From the NCBI RefSeq assembly GCF_009914755.1, contig NC_060946.1: 64,000 nucleotides of DNA, one strand, 5' to 3'. Shown piece by piece: positions 27,342 through 40,486 of this stretch; within the stretch, counting starts at the first letter, position 1, and each line of letters opens with the position of its first letter. The notes beneath the pieces are model-generated. The model had not been told where the DNA came from. It did no database searches and saw only the letters and a list, made by a program, of their open reading frames with translations. Source of the stretch: the human T2T-CHM13v2.0 reference genome, Homo sapiens. The position numbers and the translations under genes are program-made.

Positions 27342-28480
27342 TTTATTGTGTATATTTGAGGTTTACAACATGATGTTATAAGTATAGATAGTAAAATGCT
27401 TACTACAGTGAACCAAGTTAATGTATCTATTATTGCACATAGATAATTTTTGTAATGAGCAGCTAATATCTACTTAACAAAGATCTCTAATACAATACAC
27501 TTTTATTAACTATAGTGTTCTATAGTGTTCATATTGTATCTTATATATCTAGATTTGTTTATTCTACAAATCTGCTACTTTAAATCCTTTGACCTATAGC
27601 TCTTCATTTTCTTTCCTGATCCTCTGCCCCTGGTAACCACTGCTTTTATTCTCTATCTCTGTATATTTGACCTTTAAAAAATGTGTAGATTCTGCATACA
27701 AATGAAATCATGCAATATTTTTTTTCTGTGTCTGGTTATTTTACTTAGTATGATGTTGTCTGGGTTCATCCATGTTGTGGCAAAAGGCAGGATATTCTTT
27801 TTAAAGGCTGAATAATATTCCATTGTGTATATGTATACATACAAACACATATACATATAATCTATATGTGTATATACACACATATGCATACATACAGTGG
27901 AATCATACATGTATATGTATGTATGTATATTATGTATATGTGTATATATGTATATGTGTGTGTGTCTGTGTATATATATATATATATATGTATACGCATA
28001 CATACCTACACCACACAATTTCTTTATCCATTTGTCAGCAGACACTGAGATTATTTTCATATCTTGGCTACTGTGAAAAATGCTGCAGTGAACATGGGAG
28101 CATGATATTTTTATGAGGTGGTGATTTCATCTCCTTTGGGTGTATAACCAGAAGTGGGATCACTGGGTCAAATGGCAATTCTATTTTCAATTTCTTTAGG
28201 AGCCTCCACGTTGTTTTCTGTAATGGTTACCCACATCTACATTCCTACTAACAGTGTACATGAGTTCCCTTTTCTCCACATCTTTCCCAACATTTATTAT
28301 CTCTTATCTCCTGGATAATAGCTATCCTAATGTGAGTAAGATGATCTCTCCTAGTGGCTTTAATATGCATTTCCCTGATGATTAGTGATGTTGCACTCCA
28401 TTTCATATTCCTGTTGACTATTTGTATGTCTTCTTTGGAGGAATTTCTGTTCAGGTCCTTTGCCCATTTTTAATTGGATT
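27342..28480 (-). mobile_element. L1MA9-like 3' fragment with an internal (TA/TG)n expansion at ~27825-28005
   Basis: TTTATTGTGTATATTTGAGGTTTACAACATGATG end; ORF2-like remnant YTMEYYSAFKKNILPFATTWMN. Confidence 0.85.
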
Positions 28481-29719
28481 ATAATATATATTTCTTATCA
28501 ATATAAAAATTAAAAAGTACATTATCCATTTGTATGTACTTATTGCCATTACTGTGGGAATATTGTATCTAGAAATACAGAAAGAAAATACCATGTTACA
28601 TCAATTCATTGTATGTAATCAGTGTTATGAATTGCTGATAAAGTATGTGAAATATAAAAAATTATAAACATCAAATTCATAAAATACAATGAAAGAATAA
28701 GATATTGTCATAGACTCAAAAAGACTAAAACATAGCAAATAAGTGCAATGTAGAATTCTAGATTATACTCTGGAACAGAAAAAGGACATTGGGGGAAAGC
28801 TGGTCAGACTTGAATTATTTATATGTTAATTTCCTGATTTTGATAATTGAATTATGGTTAAGTTGTTAACATTAAGAATGTAAACACTTTTTACTATTTT
28901 TGTAACTCTTCTGTAAGTCTAAAATTTTTTAAAAATGGAAAGTTTAAAGAAAGAAAAAAAATACCTAATCCGATTGCCTTGTTTACAGTGCCTGGCATAT
29001 GACAGGAGCTTACTACATGCTTGTAGGATTGTTTTGCCACCATGTCCTTGATCAACCAGTTCCCCCACTTGGGGTGCTGTTCTCTCACCCACTGTCTACT
29101 TCTCATCTGCCAATGAAGTAGATAGTAATATTTTGGGTACTCCCTTCATATTATGATTTTTGTGTGTGGCCATGAATTATGCTGGTGTGAACTGCTGCTC
29201 AGTGCCAACAGCATTCTGGAGAAGGAAGCACTCGAGAAGACACAAGGTAGATGGAGATTGAGAGGCCACTATGATGTCCTTCAGGTACAGTGTAGGTTCT
29301 CTTGGGGTCTTAGGGAGCAGAGCCTTGACTCCACCATTTTACAGGCACATGTGCTGCTTTGCACACCCCAGATAGGGGGCAGCAGACAACAGGGAATGAT
29401 GCCTAGGAGGCTATGGTAAGTGGGTGGCTGGTAAGTTCCTGGGAGCTGTCCATGGTTTTGAGATGTCTCTGGTACCCAAACCGCTCAAGACATTGCTGTA
29501 GGTGAGCTTAGATTTTTGTTTTGACGCTTAGGGTACAAAACACTGTGGAGAAGGTGTGTGTATGTGTGTGTGTGTTTCTATTTGAAAAGCCAAGCTCCAA
29601 AAAACTGCATCATCCTGGAAGGTAAAGCAAACTCACTGCAGGGGCTTGCACATGTAGTGATTTAGGCCCCAGGTAGTCAACACTTTTTCTTACAATAGGT
29701 TTTGTGTGAAGTGTAATTC

Positions 29720-29910
29720 CAAGTCTACTTGCATCACAATTTTCTTGGAGCTTGTTAAAAATACAATTTCCAAGCTTTGCTTTACCAGACCTATTAAATC
29801 AGAATCTGAAGGCAAAGGTTGAGGAATGAGAGAGGGAAGGGCTAGATAAAAATATGCATTTTAAAAAGGCTTCCCTGGCAATTCATATTCACACTGAAGT
29901 TTAAAAATAA
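29720..29910. mobile_element. MER5-type hAT MITE
   Basis: GGAGCTTGTTAAAAATACA...CCAGACCTATTAAATCAGAATCT...TGCATTTTAA...CACTGAAGTTT. Confidence 0.7.
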
Positions 29911-29919
29911 TTTTACATC

Positions 29920-30362
29920 CAGTCCAAAGTGAAGTAGATGGTAATATTTTGGGGCAAGTACGGGGGAAACAAATCACAAGAACTACTGTTCATATTTATT
30001 TGTATCTCTTTATTTAAATGTTTCCATCTTCTGATATGCATTAAAATTTGCATAGTATTTTGCTACATGAATATACATTAGTTTGAGTATGTGGATACAA
30101 TTCATACATAAATATACATGCATTTATTTATGTGTTTATTATTTCATTCAAAAGGTATTTATTGGGCACTCACTATGCCCCAAGCACCGTTCTAGGCACT
30201 TCAGCTGCAGTATTGAATAAGGCAAAGTATTTGTCCTCAGGGAGTTTATCTTTTCCTCACAAATGGAGAGGAAAGAACAGGAATAAATGTGTTGGGGATT
30301 CATTCCCTAAATTTTTTTTTAAACTTACTGGCTAAGTAATTTTAAAAAGTTTAGAAACCATT
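29920..30362 (+). mobile_element. MER102-like hAT element split by an L2 tail fragment (~30120-30290, minus)
   Basis: AGAACTACTGTTCATATTTATTTGTATCTC and terminal AAAAAGTTTAGAAACCA. Confidence 0.55.
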
Positions 30363-31645
30363 TATTTAGGTTTTTCAAATTATCACAAGTGAGTCATCTC
30401 ATTCTATACAAAACAGAATATGTCTTGGCAGTCAGACTGGCCATTCTTTTGTCCTTTCAAATGATGCTGTCCTCCCAAAATCTTACTGGTTCCAGGAGGG
30501 ACATCCTATTTCTACAATCTTGTCCCTGCTCTGTCTTGCTGTACTCAAGAACTCTCCTGTGGCTCCATTTTCCATCCTTAGAAAAACAGACAATGAGGAG
30601 TCCCTGCTGTTCTGCTGCTGTGACAATAAATGAGTGTGTGTTTTTCCAGTGCTACTGCCTTCTGTAGAAGGAGCTGAAAAAATGCAAAACGATTTCCTCT
30701 CTTAACACACACACTTTTTTTTTTTAATCAAAAATGCTGTTTTGTCCTCTTTTGGTGTCTTCTTCCTGGGAAGAAGAATTTATTATTAGATTGGCAACTC
30801 CCTCAAACGCTGAATAAAAGAATAAAGGGGAAGTGCCTTTGCTGTATCATGTATCAGAGGCCTCTCAGCATAATGTGTGAGCTCTGGCATGTCACCATAT
30901 TTTACAGTAACTCTGATGTTTTCACCCAGCGCTTTTGAGTCAGGCGAAGAGAACTCGTATTTCAACCCAAATGCAATTTGCATAGCACACGTGATAACAT
31001 CACACTTTTAAAGCCACCCGCCCTGTTGGGATCCCTCACATTTAGTTCAAATCCTCATTTCCTCTACAAAAGGATGTTGTGTAATTAGTGTAATCAGGTC
31101 CTAAGGACCATTGAGATTGTGACTATTGTGGGCTCAGCAGACAGAGTGATGTCACATCCAAATCCTAACAAAGCAGATTGGTCATGAATTGTCACCTCCC
31201 CACCACTTAGGCAGCAAAGACATTCCTCAAGTAAGGAGAGGACAGATGGTTCAACAATTTGTCTTGGAAATAGTATTTCCTGCTGCTAAGAAATGGTGTT
31301 GGGAAAGGGAAGCTGTAGTTCCAGGGTAAGAAGCAAAGAGGAAAAATTTATGTGCTAAAAGATCACTAAAGAGAAATCATGCATTTATTCATGAAACCAC
31401 CATTTATTGAGCATTTACTGTGTACTGGGCACTAGGTCTGAAGCAATAAGCAGCAATGATCCAGACAGACACTGAGATTATTTTCATATCTTGGCTATTG
31501 TGAAAAATGCTGCAATGAACATATCTGTATCTCATGAATGAACTCCATATCCCATGGAGTTTATAGCTGTTAGGAAACAGACATTTAATTCAGTGATTAT
31601 AGCAGAAAATGTGATAGTGCTACAGTAGAAAACACATAGTGCTAC

Positions 31646-32008
31646 AGGTTAATCCACTCAAGCTGTTATGGCAAATGCACATACTGGGTAGCTAATAAGA
31701 AACACAAACTTATTTCTCATGGCTCTGGAGGTTGGGAAGTCCAAGATCAAGATGCCCATTGATTTTTTGTCTATTGAGGGCCCATTTCTTGGTTCATAGA
31801 CCACATCTTCTCACTGAGTCCCCACATGGTGGAAGGAGTGAGGGAGCTCTCTGGGTCCTGTATTATAATGGCACTAATCCAATCCACAGGGGCTCTGCTG
31901 CCATGAGACAATCACCTCCTCATAGGTGTCACCTCCTAACACCATCATCTTGGGCGTTAAGTTTCCACCTCTGAATTTTGAGGGAACACAAATATTTAGA
32001 CGGTAGCA
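31646..32008 (-). mobile_element. MLT1A-like solo LTR
   Basis: TTATTTCTCATGGCTCTGGAGGTTGGGAAGTCCAAGATCAAG ... GGAACACAAATATTTAGACGGTAGCA. Confidence 0.85.
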
Positions 32009-32072
32009 CACCTCCTTTGTGAGCCTCAGAAAAGACTTCCTGAAGTTAATGATAGTTAAGACACAAGGATGA

Positions 32073-32369
32073 GGCCAGGCATGGTGACTCACACCTGTAA
32101 TTCCAGCACTTTGGGAGGCCAAGGCGGGTGGATCACCTGAGGTCAGGAGTTCATGACCAGCCTGGCTAACATGGTGAAACTCTATCTCTACTAAAAATAC
32201 AAAAATTATCCAAGCATGGTGATGGGCGCTTGTAACCTCAGCTACTCAGGAGGCTGAGGCAGGAGAATTGCTGGAACTCAGGAGGTAGAGGTTGCAGTAA
32301 GCCAAGATGGTGCCATTGCACTCCAGCCCAGGTGACAACAGTGAGACTCCATCTCAAGAAAAGAAAAAA
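32073..32369 (+). mobile_element. AluS
   Basis: Dimeric Alu; TSD AAGACACAAGGATGA. Confidence 0.95.
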
Positions 32370-33249
32370 GACACAAGGATGAGTATGAGTTTCAGGGTTC
32401 TAATCTTGACTCTACTTCCTTATTTCAATTATTTCAGCCCTTTAAAAATGCGACTATATTCCAAATCCTGTACTAAACACCCAGAATATAGAGCTGAATA
32501 AGGCCTGGCCACTGGCCTTTAGAAACATACAACCTAGTGTACAGGATGGACTTGATGAAAGATGGTGTGAGTGAAGTGAGATGGTGAGAAGTCTAGAGAA
32601 GTGAGGAGCTGCTCTTCCTGGAGAAGCCTTCATTAAAGGATTGTCTTGACAGAAAAGTAGGAATTTTTCCCAGTGAAGAAGTTTTTTAAAAGTTGATTTT
32701 AGGCCTTGCATGTATAGAGGTATGAAGCTGTGAAAAGGCTAGGAGTGTCCAAAGAGTATGCGAAGTGCAGTATGAGTGGGAGGGAAGTTGAATAGGATGG
32801 AGAGGAGGAGGAAGTGGGTAGGTAGGGGCTAGATTAAATAGGCCCAATGAAAGAGCAGAGATGGGCTCTTTCAGGCAAAGTGGAACTTACAAAGGATTTT
32901 ATGCAAAAGAGTGCCACGATCATTTATGCAGTTTGAAAATACCACTAGAGGTCATTTCAAGGGGAAGCACTGGACACAAACCAAGCAGTTCAGAGTTTGT
33001 TATATCAGTTCATGTGATGGGTGATGAAGGCCTGAGTTGAGGCACTGGTAGTCTTGATAGGAGGGAAAAGTTAAAATTTTTTATATGGGCAGATTTCTAG
33101 GTTTTGGTATCTCATTAAATGTGAAATAAGGATAAAAGAGAAAACAAAAGTGGCATTTTATATTCAAAGGATCGATGGCTCTCCAACGTGATTAGAATTC
33201 CCTGGGGAACTCTGAACAAATATACATGCCTAGGTTTCAGCCTGAATGA

Positions 33250-33613
<364 letters not shown>

Positions 33614-33646
33614 GACATTTCTGTCTGTAAAATCTCCCCAGGTGAT

Positions 33647-33940
33647 TTATTTTTTTTTGAGAGAGAGTCTTGCTCTGTTGTCCAGGCTGGAGTGCAGTGG
33701 CATGATCTTGGTTTACTGTTACCTCCGTTTCCCTGGTTTAAGCGATTCTCCTGCCTTAACCTCTTGAGTAGCTGGGATTACAGGCATGCACCACCACACC
33801 TGGCTAATTTTGGTATTTTTGGTAAAGATGGGCTTTCACCATATTGGCCAGGCTGCTCTCGAACTCCTGACCTCAGGTGATCCACCTGCCTCAGCCTCCC
33901 AAAGTGCTGGGATTACAGGCGTGAGCCATCACACCTGGCC
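33647..33940 (-). mobile_element. AluS
   Basis: Reverse Alu; TSD AGGT(G/A)ATTT. Confidence 0.95.
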
Positions 33941-36900
33941 TAGGTAATTTTACTGTGCTTCCATGGTTGAGAAATGATGTTCCAGATTGGAGCTGAAAAC
34001 CATGGTGCACAGGCCAAATATGGCCTGCCATGCATTTTATTTTTAATTTTTTTGAAAAAAGTTGAAACTGATTGAGATAATTATAGATTCACATGCAGTT
34101 GTAAAAGATAATACAGAGAGACTCCTTGCACAGTGTGCCATTTTTCTTAGTGGTAATATTTTTCAAAACTATAGTATAATGTTGCAACCAGGAAATTGAC
34201 ATCAATACAATACACTGATCATATTCAGATTTTTCCTGTTTTACTTTTGCCCATCTTTATGCGTTTATTAACTGCTATGCCATTTTATCGTGTGACAACT
34301 TGTGTACTGACAACCACATTTGTCAAGATAACAAACAGCTCCAATACCACAAGTATCTCTCATGTTGCCCTTTTATCACCATATTCACCTGTGTTCCCCC
34401 CCCCCACCCCCAACAAATCCTGTGCCACCCCTGCCGCCCCCACCAAATCCTGTGCCCCTAACCACTGAGAAACACTAATCATCTGGTCTCCAGTTCTAAA
34501 ATACTGTCATTTGTGATATAAATGGAATCATTCTGTAGGTAACTTTTTGGGATTGGCTTTTTTTTCTATTAAGCCTAATTGCTTGGAAATTACCCAAGTT
34601 ATCTCATGTAGCACCGGTTTTACATTTATGGCTGAGTAGCATTCCATAGTATATCTATAACAAAGTTTAACCATTGATCTGTTGAAACACATCTGGAATG
34701 ATTCCAGTTTTTCACTGTTAAAAATAAAGTTGCGATAAACATTTGTGTGCAGGTTTTTTGTGTGAACATGTTTTCGTTTTCTTAGGATAAATGCACAAGA
34801 ATGTAATTGCTGGGTGGTAGAGTATTTGTATCGTTAATATTACAAGAAAGTGCAGAAATGTTTTCCAGAGTGGCTGTACCGTTTGACATTTCCACCAGCA
34901 ATGTAAAGTGATTAGTTTCTCATCCTTATCATCATTTGGTGTTGTCACTATTTTTTATTTTAGCTATTCTGATAGGTGTATGATGATATTTCATTGTGGC
35001 TTTAATTTGTATTTCTTGATGACTAGTGATGAAGCTCATGTATTTTGCCCATTTTCTAATTTGATTGTTTGGTTTGAGAGCTCTCTGTATATATTCTAAA
35101 TACCAGTACTTTTGTCAGGTATATAGTTTGCAAATATTTTCTCCCACTTCGTACCTTGTCTTTTTATCTTCTTCAAAGGAGAATTCACAGCGCAAAAGTT
35201 TTAAATTTTGATGAAATTCAATTTATCAATTTTTCCACTTATGGGTTCTGCTTTTGATATTAAGTCTAATAACTCTTTGCTTAGTCCTAAATCCTGAAGA
35301 TTTTTTTCTACATCCTGTCTAAATGTTTTATTGATTTTACATTTTACATTTAAGTGCATGATCCATTTTCAGTATTTTTTACATAAGGTGACTTAGGTCA
35401 AGGTTCATTTTGTCTATGGAAGTCCAATTGCTTAGCACCATTTATTGAAAAGACCCTGTTTCCTTCCTTGATACCAAAAGTCTGTTGGAAATATTTCTGT
35501 GGGGTATTTCTGGATTCTCTCTTCTGTTCCATTGGTCAATATGTCTATACCTCTACCAAAACCCCATTGTCTTGATTACTGTAGCTATAAAGAAGCTTTT
35601 GTAACAGATTGATTCCTCTCACTTTATTCTTCTTTCTTAAGATTGATTTAGTTATTCTAGCGCTTGTGGCATTTTTAATAAATTTTAGAATGAGCTTGTC
35701 TACATTTAGAAATAAAAACATTACTGGGATTTTGTGAGATTTAAAACGCTAGATCAGTTTGAGGAGAACTGACATCTTATGTTGAGTCTTTTGATACATG
35801 TACACAGTATGTCTCTTCATTTATTTTAGTCTTTGATTTATTTCATCAGCATTGTGTTGTTTTCAGCATATTACATTCATGTTTTGTTTTATAATATAAA
35901 CATGTATTTTATACATGTTTTATTAAGTATATAAGTATTTCATTGTCATTGGAAAATGGTATTGTGTTTTTAATTGTGATTCTACATGTTCATTGTGAGT
36001 GTATAGAAATGTGATTGACTTTTGTGTGTTGATCTTGTGTCCTGGAATCTTGTTGAAGTCACTTATTAGGCTTAGTTGTTGGAGGAAGGTTTTCTTTTTG
36101 TTGTTATGTTTTGTTTTTGGTAGATTTTTTTCTACACAGGCAATTATCAATCATGTCAACTGCAAATAGAGAAAATTTTCTTCCTTTCTGTATGTCTGCT
36201 TCCTATTTATTTATTTCTTCTTGCCTTACTATAGTGGCTAGAATTTCTCAGTGCTATGTTGAATAGTAATGGTGAGTGTACCAGTTGCCTTCGTCATGAT
36301 CTTAGGAGAAAAATATTCAGTCTTTCACCATTAAACATGATGTTGGCTGTAGGACTTTAGCAGGTACTACTTATTGAGTTTAAATAATTGCTCTCTATTC
36401 CTAATTACTGAGATTTAAAAAAAAAAACCCAAATGGCTGTTGAATTTTGTCAAATGTTTTATCTGCATCAATTGATACAAACATGATTTTTCTTTTTTAG
36501 TTTGTTAATAGAGTATGTTATGTTGCCTGATTTTAAAAGCAGCCCTGCATCCCTGGAATAACTTCCCCCTTTTGTATGATGTATAATTCTTTTTATAATT
36601 GCTGCATTTAGTTTACTAATATTATGTTGAAGATTTTGGTGTTTATGTGCATGAGACATACTGTCTGCAGTTTTCTTGGTACTGTTTTTATGTGGTTTTG
36701 GTGTCATGGTAAAACTGACCTCATAAAATGAGTTGGGAAGTGTTCTCTATTCTTCTATATTTTTGAAGAAATTGTGTAAAATTGGTGTTAATTCTTATTT
36801 AACTGTTTGGTAGGACTCAGTAATGAGACTTTCTGGTCCTGGATAATTTGCTTTTCCAGAGCTTTTAAATTACAAATTTAGTTTCCTTAATGGATGTAGG

Positions 36901-37494
36901 GCTATTCAGATTGTCCATTTTATTTTAGGCGTAATTTAATAGTCTGTGGTGTCTGAGGAATTGATATTTATTCTAAGTTGTTAAGTTTGTGAGAATAAGG
37001 TTGTCTGTATTTTTCTCCTTATCAATCTTTTAATGGCTCAGGACCTGAAGTGATATTCCATTTCTTCCTGATCCTGGTGATTTGTGTCTTCTCTATTTTC
37101 ATCTTTGTCAGTCTTGCTAGAGGTTTATAAATTTTATTAATGTTTTTCAAGGAAATTTTTATTTTGTTGTATTTCTATTATTTCCCTATTTAAATCTCAT
37201 TGAGTTCTGCTTTTATCACTATTATTTTCTTTGTTTTGCTTCCTTTGGGTTTATTTTGCCTTTTTTTCCCTAGTGTTTTGGAATAGAAACTTAGATCATT
37301 GATTTATCTCCTCCGTTTTAGTGTAAGCATTTAATGCTATTGATTTCCCTCTCAGTATGCTTTAGAAGCATCGTACACTTATTGCTATGTTACGCTTTTA
37401 TTTCCATTCAGTTCTATGCATTAAAAAAAATTTACTTGGAGACTTTCTCTTTGGCCTATTGATTATTTAGATGTGTGTTATTTAACCAACCAAC

Positions 37495-37867
37495 TTTCCT
37501 TTCCTTTCCTTTCCTTTCCTTTCCTTTCCTTTCCTTTCCTTTCCTTTCCTTTCCTTTCCTTTCCTTTTCCTTTTCCTTTTCCTTTTCTTTCGACAGAGTC
37601 GCATTCTGTCACCTGGGCTGGAGTGCAGTGGTGTGATCTCGGCTCACTGTAACCTCCGCCTCCTGGGTTAAAGCTCTTCTCCTGCCTCAGCCTCCCGAGT
37701 AGCTGGGATTATAGGTGCCTGTCACCATGCCTGGCTAATTTTTGTATTTTCAGTAGAGACAGGGTTTCGCTATGTTGGCCAGGCTGGTCTCGAACTCCTG
37801 ACCTCAAGTGATCCTCCTTGGCCTCCCAAAGTGCTGGGATTACAGGTGTGAGCCACTGTGCCTGGTC
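37495..37867 (-). mobile_element. AluS whose tail is a (TTTCC)n microsatellite (37495-37590)
   Basis: TSD TGTTATTTAA at 37476-37485 and 37868-37877. Confidence 0.95.
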
Positions 37868-38711
37868 TGTTATTTAATTTTCACATGTTTAGAGATTGTG
37901 CTGTTGCTCTTCTCCTACTGATTTCTGGTTAGATACCATAATGGTCAGAGAACACACTCTCTGTAACTTCAACTCTTTTTTTTTTTTTTTTTAAGATTTG
38001 TTTTATGCCCCAGGTGTGATATCTTGGTGAATATGCACTAGCTACTTGAAAAAAATGTGTTATCTTGCTGTTATTGGGTGAAGTGCTCTATATATGTCAA
38101 TTTTATCTTTGTGGTTATGTTGTTCAGATGTTCTATATCCTTACTGATTTTCAATCTAGTAGTTCTGTTAGTTGCTGAGAAAGGCAGGTTGGAGCCCCCA
38201 GGTATAACTGTGGACTTGATATTACCACTTTCAATTCCATCAGTTGTTGCTTCATGTATTTTGGGGTTCTGTTGTTTGATGTGTACACATTTGAAATCAT
38301 TATGTCTTTCTCATAGACTTATGCTGTAACAATAATCCAATATCCCTCTTTGTCTCTAGTATTTTTTTTTCTGAAATCTACTTTATCAGATATTTATGTA
38401 GCCATTCTGGCTTTTTCTTTGAAAAATTAATTTTTGATGGTTTATCTCATTTCATTCATTTACTTTTAGCCTTCCTCTGTTATTGAATTTTAAGTGAGTT
38501 TATTATAAGCAGCATAAATTTGGGCATGATTTTTCTATCCACTCTGTCAATCCATCTTTTGACCTGTGTATTTATATTATTTACATATAAGGTAATCATT
38601 GATATGTTAGTGCTTAAGTCTGCCATTTTTTGTTTTCTGTTTCTCTTTTCTTGACTTCTTGAAAGTTACTTGACATGTTTTAGGATTTCATCTTGATTTA
38701 TTTGTGGTGGC

Positions 38712-39032
38712 TTTTTCTTTTTTTTCGGGGGGTGGAGCGGTGGAGTTTTGCTCTTATTGCCCAGGCTAGAATGCAATGCACAATCTCAGCTCACTGCATC
38801 CTCCATCTCCTGGGTTCAGGTGATTCTCCTGTCTCAGCCTCCCGAATAGCTGGGATTACAGTTACTGTAATTTTACCTGCCACCATGCCTGGCTAATTTT
38901 TTTTTTTTTTTTTCGTAGAGACAGGGTTTCACCATATTGGCCAGGCTGATCTCAAACTCGTGACCTCAGGTGATCGACCTGCTTCAGCCTCCCAGAGTTC
39001 TGGGATTACAGGCATGAGCCACTGCACCGGCC
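38712..39032 (-). mobile_element. AluS (Sp/Sq-like)
   Basis: GGAGTTTTGCTCTTATTGCCCAGG; TSD TTGTGGTGGCTTT. Confidence 0.93.
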
Positions 39033-39208
39033 TTGTGGTGGCTTTGAGTGTATCTTTTTGAATAGTTTTCATAGCGGTTGCTTTGGGTATTACGATATAC
39101 ATATGTGACTGACATAATAGCCAACTGGTATCATCATTTTACTACATCAAGTGAGATGTGAAAAGCTCATTTCCGCTTAGGACTCTTTACCTTCCTCTAG
39201 CAGAGGAA

Positions 39209-39562
39209 TGACTTTACCTGGGATGCCCTCTCTTGCTAAATAATGAGTCAAAAAACAGTAGGTTTAGGTAGGCTTCTTCTGTTGGGTATAGGGTGCAAGA
39301 TGTCAAGCCACTGTTCTGTTCCTCCAGTCCTGGGGTGCCAAACATTCTTGCCTCCTTCTCACTGCTTGTTGGGGTTCTCCTTTGGTTGTCTCTTGTGTCA
39401 TTTTCAGGATTTATAGTTGTGTTTAGTGGGATGAGAGGAAGAAGTAGGGAAAAGCAAGCCTAGGTTATTTTATCTGGACCAGAAGTTCTACATTTTTTTT
39501 TTGTTAAGTAACGTTACACTATAACAGCCACTCCTGTTCATTTTATATATTGTCTATGGTTT
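39209..39562 (+). repeat. Donor copy of the 355-bp local duplication
   Basis: About 95% identical to 41083-41438 by manual alignment. Confidence 0.97.
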
Positions 39563-40486
39563 CTTCGGTGTTACACAGCAGAGTTGAGTAGTTAAGACAG
39601 ACACAACTGCCCTCTCTTCCACCAGGAGGTATGGAGGTGAGTAGACATAAAGTAGTTATAATCTGCCCATTTATGGAAGAAGCTTGCCTACCCTGGTCTA
39701 GATTATCCATTGAACAAGAGATCATGGTTGAGAGGTTTTAAACAACTAGCTAAGCACCTTGGCCAAGTACCTACTTCAACAATATCTACTGATCCAGAAA
39801 AGGACCTGATTAAGAACTGAATACTTTTTGAAGTGCTTTCACGTTGGTTACCCCTTTTGAGCCTTACAATAGCTCTATGAAATGAGACATTAATAGATTA
39901 ATAGCACTCACATCATATAAATCTGAAAAATGAGAGCCTGGGATTCTTAAGAATCACTCCCTTGGATTACCTGGTAGGTAGGTGGCAAGCCAGAGCTGTA
40001 TCTCTGACCTCATGACCCCTAGTTTAGTATATTGCACTAACTTTCAAGACAAAGCATAGTCTTTAATACCTGATGCCCTCAGAAAACTTATAATGTATAT
40101 GTGGATGTAAGATGAGACCCACACAAAAGAAGTCACAATAATACTGTATGTGTGATATTAGCTCTACACCAAAACCCTAATTTTGCTGCCGTGAAGACAA
40201 GGAAGGAGTTAACATAATACTTTTACTTTCTGTGCCACACACTGCACTTCCCATATATTTATTCACCACACTTTTCAACTTTTGCAAATGTGGGAAGTGA
40301 GTCACTGAGAGACACTTCTTCAAGTCAACCAGCAACTGATACATTAAGATTCATTAGGTTTTGCAGGGCACTGCAGTCATTATTTCATTGAATTCTCCAA
40401 TAATCCTACAACTTGGGTGTTAATTCTCCATTTTACAGAAGAGACATCTGAAGTTTACTGAAATTAACTGTTTTACTTAAGGTTGC

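Larger units (their letters stand above)
31380..33140 (-). mobile_element. L2 relic interrupted by a 57-bp insert, an MLT1A LTR and an Alu
   Basis: CATTTATTGAGCATTTACTGTGTACTGGGCACT ... CCATGGAGTTTATAG; further L2 antisense sequence at 32620-33140. Confidence 0.65.
34036..39488 (-). mobile_element. L1MC1/2-like LINE with both 3' end and 5' end, internally deleted near 39200, containing two Alus
   Basis: 3' end TTGAGATAATTATAGATTCACATGCAGTTGTAA; long decayed ORF2; L1M-type 5' terminus ...TCTGGACCAGAAGT; CATTTT on both flanks. Confidence 0.85.
33985..39696 (+). mobile_element. MER58A-like MITE split into 33985-34035 and ~39495-39696 by an L1MC insertion
   Basis: Left half GGCCAAATATGGCCTGCC; right half ACAGCCACTCCTGTTCATTT...ATATTGTCTATGG...GCAGAGTTGAGTAGTT...TTGCCTACCCTG. 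Confidence 0.75.

Noticed and set aside
27674-28116. Tyr/Ile/His/Cys/Val-rich ORFs
   Set aside because: Translation of (TA/TG)n microsatellite inside an L1
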